Source: Microthyrium microscopicum (taxonomy: Eukaryota). Taken from it: 64,000 nt of DNA. The DNA is taken from the NCBI GenBank assembly GCA_010405405.1, contig MU004235.1, forward strand, positions 2,100,506 to 2,164,505, in the 5' to 3' direction. Made by a program: the position numbers and the translations under genes. The notes under the pieces were generated by a model, which was not told where the DNA came from, made no database searches, and saw only the letters and a program-made list of their open reading frames with translations. This document shows positions 59,501-64,000 of this stretch, one piece after another. How positions within the stretch are numbered: position 1 is the stretch's first letter; each line of letters starts with the position of its first letter.

Positions 59501-60692
59501 TTATACTAAGTATAAGCTATTTATATATAGCCCTAGACTTAGTAGTAGAAGTATTATTTAGTAGTATATTTTAGGTTATATAATCTAGTAAAGAGCTCCT
59601 TTACCCTAATAATAAACTTCTTCTAGATAACCTTATCTCTTATTACTATTATTAGGTAGTATAGTATAAGTAATTCCTTAGTATATACTTTTCTATGCTT
59701 TTCTAGTTCTTCTTTTGCTTATTTATACTCTATACCTTTATAAAGCTATTAGACTACTCCTATCTTTAGGTATTTAAACCTTATCTTATTTCTATTAACT
59801 AGTTCTTTAATTAGTTTACTATTATCTATATTCTTGCCGTAAACTACGTCTAGTTTAAGTAGAGCTCCTAGGATCTCTACTAAATAGTCTTATTATAGGA
59901 TCTAGACCTTATCTAAGCTTACCTAGCGTAGCCTATTTTAAATATAGTTCTTATCTAATTATATATTAACTATAATGTTAACGTTCTTGCTAGGTAGTAG
60001 CCTAATAGCTATTACCTATAGGATGGTTTCCTTAATCTTTTTAAATAGCTTTACCCTATCTCGCTTATCTTCCTTTAATATATTTTTAACTACTTTTGTA
60101 ATATTAATTTAGACTATTAAGCTTGTAAAGGGGGCCCTTTAGTTAAGAATTAGTAGGTTAGGTTCTTTCGTAACCTTTGCTTAGGAGTTAAGGGTTATTT
60201 TAATCTTAGTAATCTGCTTTATAATTATATTAAGTTTTTAGTTAAGATGCGCCTTAAGGCGCGTTAGCAGAGGGGCCTTATTTATAGTTAGAGCTAGGTA
60301 GAATACTAGTTATTTAATATAGTCTTATGCTATAACGAAGGACGCGTAGTATTATATAAAATTAGCTATTAGCTAGTTAAGGAATAGTTATATTAGATCC
60401 CTTTCTTTAGATATAAGTCCTCCTAATAGTACTTTGATTCCTCTCTATGCTCCTATAAGTAGTAGTTTTAGATCGTCTTTTCATTTCTATATTGCCTCGT
60501 TTTTAATATAGGTAGCCTCTATAGTAATAATAGCTGTCTACTATAAATCTTTATTTATCTTTATAGCGCTAGTCATTACTTACGTCTAGTTAAAAGTTAT
60601 ACCATTGTAATAGTCTTAATAAGATGAATCTAATGATAATGGTTTTATAGAATAATTCTAAGAAATTAATCTTTCGGTGCGATGATGCTTCT
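53566..60692 (-). mobile_element. RIPped Tad-like LINE, copy B (7127 bp, uninterrupted)
   Basis: TSD TAGTTTTAGTATTA at 53552-53565 and 60693-60706; reverse complement is colinear with copy A; GF(A)D(D)T RT motif at ~56830-56847. Confidence 0.88.
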
Positions 60693-61900
60693 TAGTTTTA
60701 GTATTAAAAAGTAATAAAATAGTTAATAAAGCTATAAAAATTAACAAAAATTCAATTTTTAATATTTTTAATACTTTTATTTAAGTTTTTACTAAAGCTA
60801 ATTATATTACTTTACTATTTTAAATAAAAGTAATAAAATTAATAGTTTTGGTACTTAAAAGTAATAAAGTAGTTAATAAAGCTATTTATATTAATAAAAA
60901 AATTATTTTTAATAATTTTAATAATTTTACTTAAGTTTTTACTAAAGCTAATTATAATACGTTACTATCTTAAACAAAAGTAATAAAATTAATAGTTTTA
61001 GTATTAAAAAGTAATAAAATAGTTAATAAAGCTATAAAAATTAACAAAAATTCAATTTTTAATATTTTTAATACTTTTATTTAAGTTTTTACTAAAGCTA
61101 ATTATAATATGCTACTATTTTAAATAAAAGTAATAAAATTAATAGTTTAGTGTTAAAAAGTAATAAAGTAGTTAATAAAGCTATTTATATTTAGTAATAA
61201 AAATTCTATTTTTAATAATTTTAATAATTTTATTTAAGTTTTTAATAAAGTTTATTATATTATATTACTATCTTAAATATAAATAATAAAAATAATAGTT
61301 TTCGTACTTAAAAGTAATAAAGTAGTTAATAAAGCTATTTATATTAATAATAATCTTATTTTTAATATACTTTATAAATTTATTTAAGTTCTTAGTAAAG
61401 CTAATTATAATACGTTACTATTTTAAATAAAAGTAATAAAACTAATACTAAAAAATAATAAAGTAGTTTATAAGGCTATTTATCATACTATTACCTCTAT
61501 TTTTAATAAAATTAATAGTTTTACTTAAGTTTTTAATAGAGCTAGTTATATTAAATTACTTTCTTAAATAAAAGTAATAAAACTAATAGTTTTAGTAGTA
61601 TTAATAATAAAGTAGTTTAATTGAATATTTATATTAATAATAACTCTATTCTTAATAAATTTAATAATATTATTTAAGATCTTCCACCTAGATGTAGAAT
61701 ATTATTACGTTTTTGACACCCCCTTATATATTAAATTTACAGATATCGACTAATCATAAAAGAATAGCATCTAGTTTTACTTTTAATAAAGATATAAATA
61801 TTAATAATAATTCTATTTTCAATAAATATGATAGTTTTATTTAGAACTTTAACGTAGTATAATATTTATAACTTCATTAAAAGTAAAAAACTATTAATTT
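60693..61900. repeat. 150-bp satellite, right block (~6-7 units, degenerating rightwards)
   Basis: AAAGCTAT recurs at ~60728, 60878, 61028, 61177 and 61331; same unit and strand as the left block. Confidence 0.88.
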
Positions 61901-63074
61901 TATTAAAGCTTTCTTATTTTAGCTCTCCCTAGATCTTTCCGCGTTGGCCAGAGTTCAATTAGCGCATACGAATAATGATGGGATGGGAGATATTGCTATC
62001 GTACCAATAATTACCTTGTACAACTCTTCGAATGATTCCAGCTTATAATCTTCCAGAGGACCATTGTAAAGCGTTTGGAAGAAACCTACCCGCAATCATC
62101 GTCTCAAAAGAACGTTCCATACACTTTAGCAATGGTTTGCTAAGAACTCCCTGCCGGGTTTTTCACAAGTCAGTCTGGTCTGAAGTTTTTTTTGGAGTAA
62201 GGAACATAAATAGAAAGTGGCGCGAAGCTCCTGCTGCCAATGGGAACATCTCCGGCAGAACTCCAAGTCAGCAACATGTCAAGTATTGAATGAACATGGA
62301 CGTGCAAGACACAACTTGAAGAACAGCCACTGGGTCGTTGTTCTTCAAGAATAAATCCATGTTATGCACTTTGGTGATACTGCTAGAACTGAAATTTTTT
62401 CAACGCATTTCTCCTCCCTTGCAGCTTAGAGATACACAGTCAAAGGTACTCACGGAGTCAGTGGGTTTTGTTGTGTCGAAACAGGCCGACAACGGCGGGC
62501 AAACTCCGATAGACGAGCTTGCACCTCAAAATACACCTTTAAGTGGCGGCTAATGTGGTCGGGCTTCACATTGGGGCTTGTTGGCAGATGACACGCCCGG
62601 TGCCGACTTGCTTGCTTGTTTCAATCGCCTGTTTCAACTGCTGGTGTCAAAGTGCAAACTAGGAAACTGAAGTCAAAGCAGTCCATTCATATAGCACACA
62701 GTTACTGAAGCATGTGCCAGGTTGTAAATACGGAGCAGGCCTTGGGAGATGGGTCATAGGGCGCTTGTGTTAAACCCCACTGACAATGTGCTTGAACAAG
62801 GAGCTTTTCGGCATTTATTTAGACTAATACCTGTGTACAACAATTCCATGCCAGCGTCATCCTCTGCCTTTCCAGTGAAATGTTTTTGTTGTAGTATCGT
62901 TTCAACGTCCCAACTGAATAGAAGAATTTGCAGTCGGACTTTGCTGCAAGGCGGTTGAGAAATGTTCAAAAGGGACAGCATGATGAGCTCAGCTGCCGGC
63001 TGCATATAAGAGGGCACTGTCCGGTCAGCCATTAGATTACATTCCTTCATCTTCAAATCTTGTCATTTGGCACC

Positions 63075-63886
63075 ATGCATCTTATACTCACAGGCGCGAC
63101 GGGTCTTTGTGGCTCTGGAGTATTAGACGCCATGCTGCGTCGTACTGATATCTCTCGGATAACGATACTGAGTCGTCGTCCTGTTGCAATGGCCACAGAT
63201 CGCAAAGATCCTAGAGTGAATGTTGTCTTGCACTCCAACTTCGAAGAATACGACAAGGAATTACTCCAACAGCTCAAAGGAGCAGCAGGATGTGTTTGGG
63301 CGCTTGGTATCAGTCAAACTCAAGTCAGCAAGGAGTACTTCACCCCGTTGGCCTCGCCTACAGTCTTGAACTGACTTTACAAAGGGACTATGTGAAGATA
63401 ACCAAGACCTTTACAATGGCGGCTGCAGAGGCATTCCAGGCTATCGAAACTGAAAATGGCAAACCTTTCAACTTCGTTTACGTCTCAGGGCTTGGAGCAA
63501 CATTGACTCCTGGTCGCTTCACTCCAATATTTGGCCGAGTCAAGGGAGAAACCGAGCTGGCCCTCGCAGAACTGCGAAAGAAGAATCCTAGTTTTCACGC
63601 GATGTCGATGAGGCCAGGAGGTATTGATAGCACTGGACACGATGCTATTAATCCCTATGTTCCCAAGCTACGTCTCTTTGAAGGCACGGTTATCACTTTA
63701 CTAGGCCCTGCATTGCGGGTGGCTTTGAAGAGCAGTTGGAGCCCAACGCCACTCCTTGGTCAGTTTCTCGTACAGATGGCTATGGGTGAGAGAGACGACA
63801 TCAAAGGTGCTGGTGTTGAGAAGGTTGGAGAACTGCCTATCATTGAGAACTCTGCATTTCGTCGTGTACTTGATGAATCCCAATAA
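63075..63886 (+). CDS. NAD(P)-binding Rossmann-fold protein (atypical SDR / nucleoside-diphosphate-sugar epimerase-like)
   Basis: Exons 63075-63334 and 63385-63886; intron GTACTT..CTGAC..AAG. Motifs LILTGATGLCG, GCVWALGISQ, FVYVSG, FGRVKGETE and RPGGI. Confidence 0.9.
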
Positions 63887-64000
63887 ATCTTCCTGATGCC
63901 AACAAGAAGCTAGTAGTATTTGATGTCTCCAGGCTGAAGTGATCAAGCATGCATGCTGTCCGGCCCATGAATTGTTGTTTCATGTCTTTTCACGCTTTTT

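Noticed and set aside
29963..60692. Single giant element with 7-kb TIRs (Starship- or Polinton-like), or a fold-back duplication
   Set aside because: The arms are LINEs with separate TSDs; no tyrosine recombinase captain, DNA polymerase B or capsid relic was seen.
62032..63056. Short ORFs right of the AT island
   Set aside because: No motifs; all frames are interrupted; a relic gene cannot be demonstrated.

Overview
Filamentous ascomycete (Pezizomycotina-type) genomic DNA with short GT-AG introns (CTRAC branch sites) and extensive RIP damage (TpA-rich, CpA/TpG-depleted blocks). 1-28.7 kb is gene-rich: 2OG-Fe(II) oxygenase, MATE-like and MFS efflux pumps separated by a RIP-degraded PIF/Harbinger transposon, a secreted PAN/apple-like Ser/Thr-rich protein, a single-stop pseudogene, SDH6, a small HSP with an HSE, RPB11 (530-nt first intron containing an alternative in-frame start), a long DEDD 3'-5' exonuclease, a MARVEL protein and a nitrilase with a repetitive insert. 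About 28.8-61.9 kb is an AT-rich island with a resolvable nested history. A 150-bp tandem satellite received two full-length Tad-like LINEs tail-to-tail about 130 bp apart, each with its own TSD, forming a 7.1-kb-arm inverted repeat. One LINE was then hit by an old RIPped Ty3/Gypsy chromovirus and by a young, nearly intact one. All three retroelement types appear to carry extra genes 3' of pol/ORF2, mostly antisense and spliced; the intact one encodes a Cys-rich DUF3716-like protein. An NAD(P)-binding Rossmann-fold gene ends the window. All product calls are from motif recognition by eye; no searches were run.
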